Below are positions 18,715-29,301 of a stretch of DNA of 64,000 bases, piece after piece. Position numbers and translations under genes: made by a program. Numbering within the stretch: position 1 is the first letter of the stretch; each line of letters opens with the position of its first letter. The DNA is from a bacterium. GTDB lineage: Bacteria; Patescibacteriota; Dojkabacteria; JAKAPS01; JAJZLI01. The DNA lies in NCBI GenBank assembly GCA_021816845.1, contig JAKAWT010000002.1, positions 33,017 to 97,016 on the forward strand, read 5' to 3'. Below the pieces are notes generated by a model, which saw nothing but the letters and a program-made list of their open reading frames with translations, was not told where the DNA came from and ran no database searches.

Positions 18715-19944
18715 GTGAAGGATAAAGAAGTAGAAGGCCTTATTCTTAAGGAGGGTAAAAGACAAGATAGTGTTATAGAGCTTATTGCTTCTGAGAATTA
18801 TGTATCTAAAGATGTCATGGAGGCACAAGGTTCAATACTGACCAATAAATACGCTGAAGGGTATCCTGGTTCTAGATATTATGGTGGTTGTTCAATTGTA
18901 GATGAAATAGAAAATATAGCAATTTCCAGGGCCAAAGACCTATTTAAAGTATCGTTTGTTAATGTTCAACCAAATAGTGGATCAGGAGCAAATCTAGCGG
19001 CATATTTTGCTCTTTTAAAGCCTAAAGATAAAATACTAGGTATGAGACTTAAAGATGGAGGTCATCTTACACACGGATCTCCCGTAAATTTTTCAGGAAA
19101 ACTTTTTAATTTCTCTTTTTATGGGGTTGCATCTTCTGGTTATATAGATTATGATGCAATCTTAAGGATAGCCCAAGATATTAAACCTAAAATGATTGTA
19201 TGTGGAGCATCTGCATACTCGAGGGCTATAGATTTTGCAAAATTTAGGGATATAGCAAATAGTGTTAATGCATATCTTTTTGCTGATATATCACATATTG
19301 CAGGTTTGGTTGTGACAGGTTTACATCAGTCACCTGTAGATTACGCTGATATTATATCTACTACTACACATAAAACCTTGCGTGGACCTAGAAGTGCCAT
19401 TTTAATGACTAACAAAGAATCCATATTTAATCTACTTCAAAAATCTGTTTTTCCTGGATTTGGAGGAGGACCAATGATTCATACTATTGCTGCTAAAGCA
19501 GTTGCATTTAGAGAAGCATCTCTACCATCATTTTTAAAATATCAAGAACAAGTACTTTTAAATTCCAAATATCTTGTAAATGCAATGTTAAATAGAGGAT
19601 TTAAAATAGTTTCAGATGGTACAGATAATCATATGTTTATAGTAGATCTCTCTAATTTTAATATTACAGGTAATGAAGTTCAAGATTTGTTAGATTCAGT
19701 CAACATTGCTGTTTCTAAATCTACTATACCAATGGACAGTAAAGGACCAAATATTGCAAGTGGTATAAGAATAGGCACTCCTGCTATAACATCGCGTTCT
19801 ATGAGAGAAAGAGAAATGGAAAAAATAGCTGATTTCATTAATGAATCAATAAGAAATAGAGAGGATATAAAAACACTCGGTAAAATAAAGGATAGTGTTA
19901 TAAAATTAACTAATGAATTCCCAATATTAGATCACTATGAATAA
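18715..19944 (+). CDS. glyA: Serine hydroxymethyltransferase (GTG start)
   Basis: LIASENYVSKDVMEAQGS and the PLP region TTTHKTLRGPR. 409 aa. Confidence 0.92.
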   Translation: MKDKEVEGLILKEGKRQDSVIELIASENYVSKDVMEAQGSILTNKYAEGYPGSRYYGGCSIVDEIENIAISRAKDLFKVSFVNVQPNSGSGANLAAYFALLKPKDKILGMRLKDGGHLTHGSPVNFSGKLFNFSFYGVASSGYIDYDAILRIAQDIKPKMIVCGASAYSRAIDFAKFRDIANSVNAYLFADISHIAGLVVTGLHQSPVDYADIISTTTHKTLRGPRSAILMTNKESIFNLLQKSVFPGFGGGPMIHTIAAKAVAFREASLPSFLKYQEQVLLNSKYLVNAMLNRGFKIVSDGTDNHMFIVDLSNFNITGNEVQDLLDSVNIAVSKSTIPMDSKGPNIASGIRIGTPAITSRSMREREMEKIADFINESIRNREDIKTLGKIKDSVIKLTNEFPILDHYE

Positions 19945-20752
19945 TAAAATCTTTGATGGAAAAGTTGAATCTTTAAGTATAAAAGAAGAAATAAGAGGTT
20001 ATATTAATAGTAATAATATATCTCCTACACTGGGGATAATACAGGTTGGAGATGATAAGCTATCAAATATATTTATTAGAGAGAAAATAAAATTTGCACA
20101 AGATGTTGGTGTAAAAATTGTTTATCATAAATTTGAAAAAGGTTACAATAAACTTTTAGACGCAATTAATCAGTTTAATAATGATATTAAGATAGATGCA
20201 TTCATAGTACAATTACCATTAGTAGGACTAAGTGACAATACTGTTCTTGATAATATATCTCCAAACAAAGACATAGACTGTTTAACATCAATAAATTATA
20301 ATAAACTTATACTTGGTGAATCCCTATTCTACCCAGGTGTTTATTCTGCATTTTTATACATTTTTAAAAAATGTAAATTACCAAAATCATCACATATTTT
20401 AGTCATAGGTTCAGGATTTGTGGGTTTACCTATTTCTAATTATTTAGTACGTAATAAATATAATGTTACAGTACTTGATAGATATGCCAAACAAAATGAT
20501 ATATCCAAATTTTCAAAATTATCGGATATGATAGTATTTACAGCTGGGGTATCAAATGTAATTAGAAAAGATGATGTAAAAGAAGGATCTTTCCTTATAA
20601 ACATAGGTCAAAGTGCAAATTTCGATGGAAGTATATCTGGAGGTATTGATAATAACGCAATATCTAAATCTCGCTTTTTTGTCCCATCCAAAGGAGGGAT
20701 AGGCCCTTTAACAGTTGCAATGTTATTCAAAAATTTATGTAATATTTTTTAG
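19937..20752 (+). CDS. folD: Bifunctional methylenetetrahydrofolate dehydrogenase/cyclohydrolase
   Basis: FDGKVESLSIKEEIRGYI and PSKGGIGPLTVAMLFKNL. The 3' ends of folD and murG overlap by 18 bp. Confidence 0.88.
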   Translation: MNNKIFDGKVESLSIKEEIRGYINSNNISPTLGIIQVGDDKLSNIFIREKIKFAQDVGVKIVYHKFEKGYNKLLDAINQFNNDIKIDAFIVQLPLVGLSDNTVLDNISPNKDIDCLTSINYNKLILGESLFYPGVYSAFLYIFKKCKLPKSSHILVIGSGFVGLPISNYLVRNKYNVTVLDRYAKQNDISKFSKLSDMIVFTAGVSNVIRKDDVKEGSFLINIGQSANFDGSISGGIDNNAISKSRFFVPSKGGIGPLTVAMLFKNLCNIF

Positions 20753-21853
20753 AATTGTCTGTATTATTATTTTACTTGCATTTTTTGGTAAATCTATTTT
20801 TTTTGTATTTTCCCTCTCCTGTAATTTTTTAAGCTCTACATTTAGTGTACTAAAAGATAATAATGATTCACTTATTATAGATATAGTATCAGAATATTTT
20901 CTTGCTATTTTTGCATTTTCATATTGCTCTCCAAAAGAACTTGACGTTATAGGTATTAATATGGCTTTTTTATTAAGGACTAATATCTCGTAAACAGTAT
21001 TAGCCCCTGCTCTACTGACTATTATGTCAGCCTTTTTAAAGACCTCTCCTATTTCATCGCCCCATATACCACGGCGTATTATATATCTTGCTTTTAAAAT
21101 CGCAGGTAGAGTCTCTCTTAAAATCGTAGCTTTTTTGTAGTCATCAAATATTGTGTTAGATCCAGTTTGGTGAATTATATTATATTGTTTTGATAACTTT
21201 TTTATATTTTTAAATACTATTTGGTTTATGATATGCGATCCTTGATTCCCACCTGTTATATATAACACAGGGAGATTTTTATTGAATTTAAAATTGTCAG
21301 TTTTAGATTTAAATATCTCTTCTCTTAAAATATTCCCCGTAAATATTATATTCTTATCTCTAATGCTTATTTTTTTAAAATATTTTTCTGTATCTTTCCA
21401 AGTTGTAAATATTGTATTTGAAAAAATTGAAGTTATCCTCGATGCCAAACCTGGGATTGAAGCTTGTTCATGGGTAAATACTTTTATCCTGAAAATACCA
21501 CCCCAGAAAACTATTGGTACAGATACATATGATCCAAAGGAAATTATCATTTCTGGCCTATATTTCACTATATAATATAATGCTTGAAAAAAACCTATTG
21601 GAATTTTCAAAAATGATATTATCCCTTTCACTGATAAAAACCTATATAACTTTCCAGTATTTAATGGCAAGAATTTTATATTATTTTTTTGTGCAAATTG
21701 ATATTCTTGAGACAGTGATTTATCAAATAATATTGTGTGTTTAATACCTACAAAGAATATATCCAGATTTTTTTTATTTTTGATACCATCATATATAGCT
21801 TGGGCTGGTGTTAAATGTCCTCCTATTAAAAAGATGGTATTTTTTCTTCTCAT
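20735..21853 (-). CDS. murG: MurG-like N-acetylglucosaminyl transferase (lipid II synthesis)
   Basis: FLIGGHLTPAQAI, YITGGNQGSHIINQ, AILIPITSSSFGEQYENAK. Adjacent to ftsW. Confidence 0.78.
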   Translation of the reverse strand: MRRKNTIFLIGGHLTPAQAIYDGIKNKKNLDIFFVGIKHTILFDKSLSQEYQFAQKNNIKFLPLNTGKLYRFLSVKGIISFLKIPIGFFQALYYIVKYRPEMIISFGSYVSVPIVFWGGIFRIKVFTHEQASIPGLASRITSIFSNTIFTTWKDTEKYFKKISIRDKNIIFTGNILREEIFKSKTDNFKFNKNLPVLYITGGNQGSHIINQIVFKNIKKLSKQYNIIHQTGSNTIFDDYKKATILRETLPAILKARYIIRRGIWGDEIGEVFKKADIIVSRAGANTVYEILVLNKKAILIPITSSSFGEQYENAKIARKYSDTISIISESLLSFSTLNVELKKLQERENTKKIDLPKNASKIIIQTILKNIT

Positions 21854-22974
21854 GTTTTTTTATTTATATTTAGTACAAAGCCTATTGCTGTTAATAGTAT
21901 TATAACAGATGATCCCCCATATGAAATCAAAGGCAATGGTATACCTGTTAATGGGATTATCCCAATATTAGCAGCTATGTTCAGCATCGCCTGAGCTCCT
22001 ATCCAGATACCAATGCCTGCAGCCATAAATTTACCAAATGAACTTCCAGATCTTATAGCTACCTTGAATATGAGATAAACAAGGTATAGGTATAGCACGA
22101 TTAAAAGGATACTCCCGATTAACCCCATCTCTTCAGCAAGTACAGCAAAAATTGAATCAGTAATCGATGTTGTGCCAACTAGATATTGATTTTTCTGTAC
22201 AGATTGTGTGAATCCAACGCCCAATAATCCGCCAGATCCTATAGCTATCATTATTTGATGCACTTGATATCCAGCACCCTGCAGGAAATTATTTGATTTT
22301 GATGAACTCAGGTAAGTTAGAAGCCTTTGTACTCTGTATGGTTCTATAACAATTGCTAAAACTCCAGCAAGTATAAAAGTGAAAAAAGATATTAATAAGT
22401 TAAGTTTAAGATATTTTGAACTGTCACCTAAAATCAACATGAATAATGCTATTAATATTATTATTATTGTTGTCCCTAAATCTTTTTCAAGTACAATTAA
22501 TCCTGCTATAAATGCAGTAATTGCTAGAAATGGCAATAATAATTTTTTCAAATCATCACTAAATGTTTTTATACTATCTATGATCTTTTGTCTTTTTACA
22601 AACCATGCAGATATGTATGTTATAAAAGCAAATTTAGCAAATTCTGAGGGTTGAAAATTAGCAAAATTTAGTAAATTTATCCATCTAGCAGATCCATTAA
22701 TTTTTCTCGATAGTACTATAACAACAATTAGTAAGAATATAGCTAATATCATGAGTAAAAATGAATATTTTTGAAATAGTTTGTAGTTGACTTTATATAT
22801 TATAAAACCAGTTATAGCACCAATAATCATCCATAAGCTTTGTAGCAATATATAATGATATCTTCCAGCATATAACCCTAATGATCCATCAAACACCATA
22901 ACTATGCCTATTATTGATATAATAATTGTTACTATGATGATTCTTTTTTGGAGATAATCTCTACTTACTTCCAT
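21850..22974 (-). CDS. ftsW: SEDS family lipid II polymerase/flippase (FtsW-like, murG-adjacent)
   Basis: IGSGGLLGVGFTQSVQK and GIIPLTGIPLPLISYGGSS. Confidence 0.8.
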   Translation of the reverse strand: MEVSRDYLQKRIIIVTIIISIIGIVMVFDGSLGLYAGRYHYILLQSLWMIIGAITGFIIYKVNYKLFQKYSFLLMILAIFLLIVVIVLSRKINGSARWINLLNFANFQPSEFAKFAFITYISAWFVKRQKIIDSIKTFSDDLKKLLLPFLAITAFIAGLIVLEKDLGTTIIIILIALFMLILGDSSKYLKLNLLISFFTFILAGVLAIVIEPYRVQRLLTYLSSSKSNNFLQGAGYQVHQIMIAIGSGGLLGVGFTQSVQKNQYLVGTTSITDSIFAVLAEEMGLIGSILLIVLYLYLVYLIFKVAIRSGSSFGKFMAAGIGIWIGAQAMLNIAANIGIIPLTGIPLPLISYGGSSVIILLTAIGFVLNINKKT

Positions 22975-23045
22975 ACAATTTTTATATCATAGTACAAAGT
23001 AATAACTCAAATTATTTAATTCCCTTGATATCCTGATTCAATAAT

Positions 23046-24326
23046 CTAGATCCTATTTTTGGTATGAATATTTTGTACTATACCTAGAGATATCAATATT
23101 GTTATTAAAGAAGATCCCCCATAAGATACTAATGGTAATGGAATACCTGTGACAGGTACAAAACCAATAGACATACCTATATTTATTACAAATTGGAAAA
23201 ATATCATTGTTATAATTCCGAAAACCAAAAGGAATGCAAATTTATTCTCAGTATTCTTTAAAATAAATAATAGTCTTGAAAATAATACGATGTATAAGAA
23301 CATAAAGACTATATCACCTATAAATCCAAAGTCTTCTATAAATGTAGAATATATAAAATCAGTAGTGTCTTCAGGTAAAAAATTTAAACTTGACTGCGTT
23401 CCTTTACCGTACCCTTCTCCCCATAACCCTCCAGATCCAATAGCAATTTTTGATTGCGTTGTCTGAAAATTTAGTGAGTTTGAATAATTATTTGAGGATG
23501 AAGATAGAAATCCAACGATTCTTTGTTTTTGATAATTTTTCATTAAATGATCCCACACAACAAATTTGAATGTAGATCCAAATAAAATCCCAAAGAGAAC
23601 TATGCCCAAGAATAAATAGGAATACATCTTCTTTCTAGATAGTTTATATAATATTGTCTCTAAAGCTAAAAAAATTAAAAATAAGGCAATATTTATTTTA
23701 AAAAATATCAGGTTCAAGTTAGCTGAAAGAAAATTTATACCTATAAATACTGTTATGAAAAGAGATGAAACTATGAATGTTAGGAATATTATTATTAATT
23801 TTATTTGATCATAATATGCGGCAAAAACAATAGCAGCCCAAATCACTACAATAACTATAGACGTACCTAAAGCTGGTTGTTTAAATACAAGTGCAACTAT
23901 AGGAAGGATTATTAAAAATCCTAAAAGTATTTTTTTAATTATTTTCTCCCCTTTTTGGAAAATAGTAAAAAAAGATGCAGTAATAATGATAATGACTATT
24001 TTTGCGAACTCTGCAGGTTGTATATCTATACCTCCAATCGTGAACCATCTGTGTGTATTATTTAATTTTATATTCAATATGTATATGAGTATAAGGAGGA
24101 TAAAAACAGCAGTATATGCTATCATCTGAAGGGATTTATATTTATAGATATTATAGTCAATTCCTATTAGAAAAAAATAAATAATTAATCCTAATATCAT
24201 AAATATAGTTTGTCTTTCTGCTATATAAGAATTATTGGTTGAAGATATAGTAACAATTCCTATTACCATCAATAGGATAATTGTTATAGTAAGAATGAAA
24301 TCTTGTTTAATGAATGCTTTAAACAT
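23046..24326 (-). CDS. Second SEDS family protein (RodA/FtsW paralog)
   Basis: IGSGGLWGEGYGKGTQSS and GFVPVTGIPLPLVSYGGSS. 426 aa. Confidence 0.8.
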   Translation of the reverse strand: MFKAFIKQDFILTITIILLMVIGIVTISSTNNSYIAERQTIFMILGLIIYFFLIGIDYNIYKYKSLQMIAYTAVFILLILIYILNIKLNNTHRWFTIGGIDIQPAEFAKIVIIIITASFFTIFQKGEKIIKKILLGFLIILPIVALVFKQPALGTSIVIVVIWAAIVFAAYYDQIKLIIIFLTFIVSSLFITVFIGINFLSANLNLIFFKINIALFLIFLALETILYKLSRKKMYSYLFLGIVLFGILFGSTFKFVVWDHLMKNYQKQRIVGFLSSSSNNYSNSLNFQTTQSKIAIGSGGLWGEGYGKGTQSSLNFLPEDTTDFIYSTFIEDFGFIGDIVFMFLYIVLFSRLLFILKNTENKFAFLLVFGIITMIFFQFVINIGMSIGFVPVTGIPLPLVSYGGSSLITILISLGIVQNIHTKNRI

Positions 24327-27240
24327 CTATTTTTACATAAAGGATTTTACTATCTATTTTAATAGCCGTACCAAAATTCCCCTCTTGGTTTGTATCTTTA
24401 GGTTTTGTATCAATAGTTAGCTTTTTTGATTTTATAGATTTTTTTATACTCTCTTTGAATTTTTTCAATACTTCTAATATATCATTGTCAGAAGATACTA
24501 TCGTTATATTGATCTCATCTTTCATATTTAAATGCATATTAGATCTTAAATTTTGTATCTCACGTATAATCTCTTTAGATATACCCTCTTTTATTATTTC
24601 TTTGTCAAGTTTTGTGTTAATTCCTACAGATCCAAATTTATTTTGTTTACTTTTAAAATTTTTCATATCTTTAAAAAGTAAATTTTTAGTGTTTATCTCA
24701 TCCTTTATTAATTCTAGAATCTTAATATTGGTGGAATCTTTGTCATTTTCTAAACCACTATACACGATATATGCCTCATTAATTGGTTGTTTTAATTTTA
24801 TTGAATTTTCTACCCTTATACTTTGGAGTTGAGATATAGCATTTCTCGCAAGATCCATTTTTAAATTGAGCTCTTTATTAATTAATTTTGTATTAATTTC
24901 TGGGTAATTTTCAAGGTGTACACTGTCTAATGGACCTTTAAGTGATTGATAGATAAATTCAGATAGAAAAGGTAATATAGGTGCAGTTATAATAGAAAAT
25001 TGCAATAAAGTATAATATAGAATATTTAAAGCCTCTTTGTCTCCATTAACAAATCTATCTCTTGATCTACGTATATACCATGTTGATAAATCTTCTATAA
25101 ATGGATGGATAGATAAAGCTGCATCCATAAGATTATATCTTTCAATATTACCTGATATATCAGATTTTAACATTTCAACTCTTGATATCATCCATGAATC
25201 AAGAACATTATTGGAATTTATTAGTTTAGTTGGAGTGAAATCAAAAGTATTAGCATATATAGTAAAGTATTTTAAAGAATTGTATATTGTTAAAAATATA
25301 TCTTTTATAATGTCAGATACACCTTGATCTTTGAAATTTAAGTCTTCTCCATTAACTAATGGTGACTTTATAAGATACAATCTTAAGGCTTCAGCTCCAA
25401 ACTTATCTATAAGCAACATTGGATCTGTATAGTTTTTTTTAGATTTCGACATTTTTTGTCCTCCACCAGCTTGTACAAGACCTGTAGTTATAACATTTTT
25501 GAAAGCAGCAGAATCCATTAAAGCTGTAGAAATTGTATGCAGTGAATAAAACCACCCACGTGTTTGATCTATAGCTTCAGCAATAAAATCTGCAGGAAAA
25601 GTCTTGTTGAATCTATCTTTGTTCTCAAATGGGTAATGCTTCTGTGCATATGGCATAGATCCAGATTCAAACCAACAATCTAATACTTCTGGTATTCTTT
25701 TTAACTTACCGGTCTTACATTCTGTACAATCAAATTCTATATCATCTATGAAGTGTCTATGTATATCAGGTATAGTACGATTTGATAAATCCTCAAGTTC
25801 TTTAATTGATCCTAATACTATTAAATTGGAACATTTATCACATTTAAAAACAGGTAGAGGTGTTCCCCAATATCTATTTCTTGATATACACCAATCTGGA
25901 GCATTTTTAAGTCCTTCTTGAAATCTACCATGCTTTATATGTTTAGGATTCCAATTTATAGTCTCATTATTTTTTAGAGAATCGTCCTTTATCTTTTGGA
26001 CATTTAAAAACCAAGAGTTCATAGAGTAGTTTAATAATGGTGTATCACACCTCCAACAATGAGGGTAAGAATGTTCTATTTCTATAGTCTTCAGAAGGTA
26101 ATTGTTCAGAGAAAGAAATTCTATTATTCTTTGATTTAGATCTCTAGCTTCTTCCCCAGCCCATTCCATCATTGGGTATTCAGAGAATTTGCCTTCTATA
26201 TTTACGTGATTTATATGAGGAGCCTTCAATTTTTGCCCTAATAACATATCTTCCTCTCCAAATGCAGGGGCTATATGTACTATACCTGTTCCTTCATTAT
26301 CTGTTACAAAATCAGCTTCCGCTATAAACCATCCATCTTTTTTAATTATTTTATCGTACTTCTCTACATTAAATATTGGATTATATCTTTTTCCAATTAA
26401 ATCTTGTGCATTTATATTCCTTAAAATTTTATACTCCATACCTTCAAATACATACTCTACCCTACTTTCTGCAAGGATATATTTTTCATTATTACTTTCA
26501 ACTTCAACATATTTGAAATCTCTATTTATTGCAAGTAAAGTATTTGCAGGAAGTGTCCATGGTGTGGTTGTCCATGCCAAGAGATATTTGTTTTCATCCT
26601 CTAATTTGAATTTTACTATCACAGAGGAGTCTATGAGATCTTTATAACCCATCTGTACTTCTGTATTAGAAAGTGGTGTAGCACACCTTGGACATATATG
26701 AATGCTCTTATATCCCTCATATATAAGACCTTTATCATATATGGATTTAAATACGAACCATATGCTCTCCATATAATCTCGGTCCATTGTTTTATAATCA
26801 TTCTCCATATCTACCCATCTACCCATTCTATTTGTTATTGCTTTCCACTCTTCAGCATACTTTAGGACTATTGCTCTACAAGATTCATTGAAAATATCTA
26901 TTCCTAGAGTTTCAATTTCTTTCTTATTTTTTATACCTTTTATTTTTTCAACTTCATATTCCACAGGTAGCCCATGGCAATCCCACCCAAATCTTCGTTC
27001 AACATAATATCCTTTCATCGTGAAATACCTTGGTATTATATCCTTTATAGTCCCTTGTATTAAATGACCATGATGAGGAAGACCAGTAGCGAATGGGGGG
27101 CCATCGTAAAAAGAATATTCTGGATTTCCCTTCCTTTGTTCTAGGGATTTTTTAAATATATCTTTTGCTTTCCATATTTCAAGTACATTCTCCTCTATTT
27201 TAGGGAAATCTGGTTTTGATTCTAATTCTCTGAATTTCAT
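24319..27240 (-). CDS. ileS: Isoleucyl-tRNA synthetase (type 2-like)
   Basis: PPFATGLPHHGHL (HIGH), GWDCHGLPVEYEVEK, KMSKSKKN. 973 aa. Confidence 0.93.
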   Translation of the reverse strand: MKFRELESKPDFPKIEENVLEIWKAKDIFKKSLEQRKGNPEYSFYDGPPFATGLPHHGHLIQGTIKDIIPRYFTMKGYYVERRFGWDCHGLPVEYEVEKIKGIKNKKEIETLGIDIFNESCRAIVLKYAEEWKAITNRMGRWVDMENDYKTMDRDYMESIWFVFKSIYDKGLIYEGYKSIHICPRCATPLSNTEVQMGYKDLIDSSVIVKFKLEDENKYLLAWTTTPWTLPANTLLAINRDFKYVEVESNNEKYILAESRVEYVFEGMEYKILRNINAQDLIGKRYNPIFNVEKYDKIIKKDGWFIAEADFVTDNEGTGIVHIAPAFGEEDMLLGQKLKAPHINHVNIEGKFSEYPMMEWAGEEARDLNQRIIEFLSLNNYLLKTIEIEHSYPHCWRCDTPLLNYSMNSWFLNVQKIKDDSLKNNETINWNPKHIKHGRFQEGLKNAPDWCISRNRYWGTPLPVFKCDKCSNLIVLGSIKELEDLSNRTIPDIHRHFIDDIEFDCTECKTGKLKRIPEVLDCWFESGSMPYAQKHYPFENKDRFNKTFPADFIAEAIDQTRGWFYSLHTISTALMDSAAFKNVITTGLVQAGGGQKMSKSKKNYTDPMLLIDKFGAEALRLYLIKSPLVNGEDLNFKDQGVSDIIKDIFLTIYNSLKYFTIYANTFDFTPTKLINSNNVLDSWMISRVEMLKSDISGNIERYNLMDAALSIHPFIEDLSTWYIRRSRDRFVNGDKEALNILYYTLLQFSIITAPILPFLSEFIYQSLKGPLDSVHLENYPEINTKLINKELNLKMDLARNAISQLQSIRVENSIKLKQPINEAYIVYSGLENDKDSTNIKILELIKDEINTKNLLFKDMKNFKSKQNKFGSVGINTKLDKEIIKEGISKEIIREIQNLRSNMHLNMKDEINITIVSSDNDILEVLKKFKESIKKSIKSKKLTIDTKPKDTNQEGNFGTAIKIDSKILYVKIDV

Positions 27241-27406
27241 TGGATTTTAAATCTTTAATTCATCTTATATATTTTATAACGACCATTTTACAATAAATAT
27301 CACTACCTGTCCAATAGGATAAATCTATAGTATTTTGTAATTATCATTAAATTCTATATAATTATGCTATTATTTGACTACTTGGTTCTAATATCTCAAT
27401 TTAAAT

Positions 27407-28906
27407 ATGATAAGAAAATTTTTTAAAATTTTTCCCTATATATTAACAGTACTTCTAAGAATACCTGCATTTTTTGAACCACATACTTATACGGATACAG
27501 GTATATATTCTGCTGTAGGTATAGGGTTAAATCATGGAGATGTTCTTTATAGGAACATTTTTGATAATAAGCCACCATTTATCTATTATCTCTATTCATA
27601 TTTAGAAAGAATACCGTTCAGTTTAACATTTGAATACCAAATGCTATCTTTAATATCTACTTTATTAACAGAATTTTTAGTATATAAAATTGCAAGAATT
27701 AAATTTGGAGAAAAAGTTGCTATATTGTCAACCTTATTTTTTTCAATTTTCATTGCTAGTGCATTTTTTGAAGGTAATGTGGCAAATGTAGAAAATTATT
27801 TTATGTTTTTTACAACACTATCAATATACCTTATTATCAAGAATGACAAATTCAGAAAAAGTATATTATATACATATCTTCTAGGTGTAATTTTAGGATT
27901 AGGCGTGATGTTTAAAGTGTCTGCTATATTGGATGGTTTTTTTGTAATAGTGTTATTCTTTTTCATTTTTGAGGCTGATTCTCATGATTTTAAATCCTTT
28001 ATAAAAAATAGTTGGTTTTATGGTATTGGTGTTTTATCCCCTATGATACTTTTTCTGTTATATGAAATTTTAATTCATAATTTCAAAAATGCAATAAATG
28101 CAATGTTCTTGTATAACATTCCTTATGTATCATATCAAGCTTCTAATAGAATCTTAGGATTTTCATATTTTAAATTCACACTAGTTATGTTCTTCATAGC
28201 TATAATTTTTATATATTTTTTATATAAAAAATTTAAGATTGATATTAACATTGTAATAATTATTCTTTGGTTTTTATGTGATTATTATGCGAGTGTTATA
28301 TCAGGAAGAGGATATTTACACTACCTTCTCCAACCACTAGTACCCTTCTCAATACTACTAGCATATCTTATTTTCTTGGTAATTAGGTCAAACATTATCT
28401 ATAAGATAATTATTGTTGTATCAACTACACTATTTGTATATATATTGTTATTTTATTTCCTTATTTACAAACCGTATTGGTTGATTCCAATACAATATCA
28501 GAATAAGGTTAATTATTATCCAACATTTATATCATATATAACGGGACAAAGTTCTAAATCTCAATACTATCATTTCTTTAAGGGTAATAGCTATGATAAT
28601 ATTGCCTCAGAATTGAATAATATTGGTGTTAAAGGTAGAAGGATTTTTGTGATGGCTAATTATCCTTGGTTGTATTATAAAACAAAAACTATACCAGATA
28701 TTCCATATTCTGATGATTTCATGCTTAGGAATGGAGAAAGGACCTACTATAATAAAGCATATTTTTATTTAGAAAGGCACAACCCATATGTAATAGTATA
28801 CTTTAATGACGGGCTAGATTTTACGCAACTTTTTACCTTAATTAAAGATAAATATACATTATTAAAAACAGTAGATGGAGTACAAATATATAAAATGAAA
28901 AGTTAA
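27407..28906 (+). CDS. GT-C fold membrane glycosyltransferase (PMT_2/ArnT-like, GT39/GT83-like)
   Basis: More than 10 predicted TM helices. KPPF(L) motif (NKPPFIYYLY) after the first loop. 499 aa. Confidence 0.55.
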   Translation: MIRKFFKIFPYILTVLLRIPAFFEPHTYTDTGIYSAVGIGLNHGDVLYRNIFDNKPPFIYYLYSYLERIPFSLTFEYQMLSLISTLLTEFLVYKIARIKFGEKVAILSTLFFSIFIASAFFEGNVANVENYFMFFTTLSIYLIIKNDKFRKSILYTYLLGVILGLGVMFKVSAILDGFFVIVLFFFIFEADSHDFKSFIKNSWFYGIGVLSPMILFLLYEILIHNFKNAINAMFLYNIPYVSYQASNRILGFSYFKFTLVMFFIAIIFIYFLYKKFKIDINIVIIILWFLCDYYASVISGRGYLHYLLQPLVPFSILLAYLIFLVIRSNIIYKIIIVVSTTLFVYILLFYFLIYKPYWLIPIQYQNKVNYYPTFISYITGQSSKSQYYHFFKGNSYDNIASELNNIGVKGRRIFVMANYPWLYYKTKTIPDIPYSDDFMLRNGERTYYNKAYFYLERHNPYVIVYFNDGLDFTQLFTLIKDKYTLLKTVDGVQIYKMKS

Positions 28907-28907
28907 T

Positions 28908-29168
28908 CTAAGCAGTTTTAACTTTACTGGATTTATTCTTTTTTCTTATTGGTGAGTTTTGTTTTTTTTCCTCTTTAACTTGTTTAACTATATTTGTTTT
29001 AATTTCATCAGCTTTATCTTGGAGTATTTGTTTTGAATCATTATATTTAGTTACAATTTCATCTCTATTTTCCTTTTTAGAGAAATAGGATGTCAATGTC
29101 CCAGCAACAACTCCTGCCACAAAAGTGAATAATAATTTTCCTCCATTTTTTTTGCTCTTTTGAATCAT
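28908..29168 (-). CDS. YtxH-like small membrane-anchored protein
   Basis: N-terminal GGKLLFTFVAGVVAGTLTSYF, followed by a charged coiled region. 86 aa. Confidence 0.45.
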   Translation of the reverse strand: MIQKSKKNGGKLLFTFVAGVVAGTLTSYFSKKENRDEIVTKYNDSKQILQDKADEIKTNIVKQVKEEKKQNSPIRKKNKSSKVKTA

Positions 29169-29223
29169 AATCCTATCCTCACAAATAATATACTATATTT
29201 TTAAAATTAAGTATATATTTAAC

Positions 29224-29232
29224 TGGTATAAT
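29224..29232 (+). promoter_or_regulatory. Candidate extended -10 element TGGTATAAT upstream of the ManC-like gene
   Basis: Identical 9-mer to the one at 336-344. 70 nt upstream of the ATG at 29302. Confidence 0.3.
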
Positions 29233-29301
29233 TTGTGTGTAACTGATTGAATATAAAATATTATATTGATAGAATAACTCTATAACTTTATTTTATTCAA
29301 C

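Noticed and set aside
27241-27406. Possible T-box leader upstream of ileS (and thrS/pheS)
   Set aside because: The intergenic regions are too short (166 bp, 24 bp and 4 bp) and purely AT-rich. No T-box-like GGUGGNACCGCG sequence is visible.
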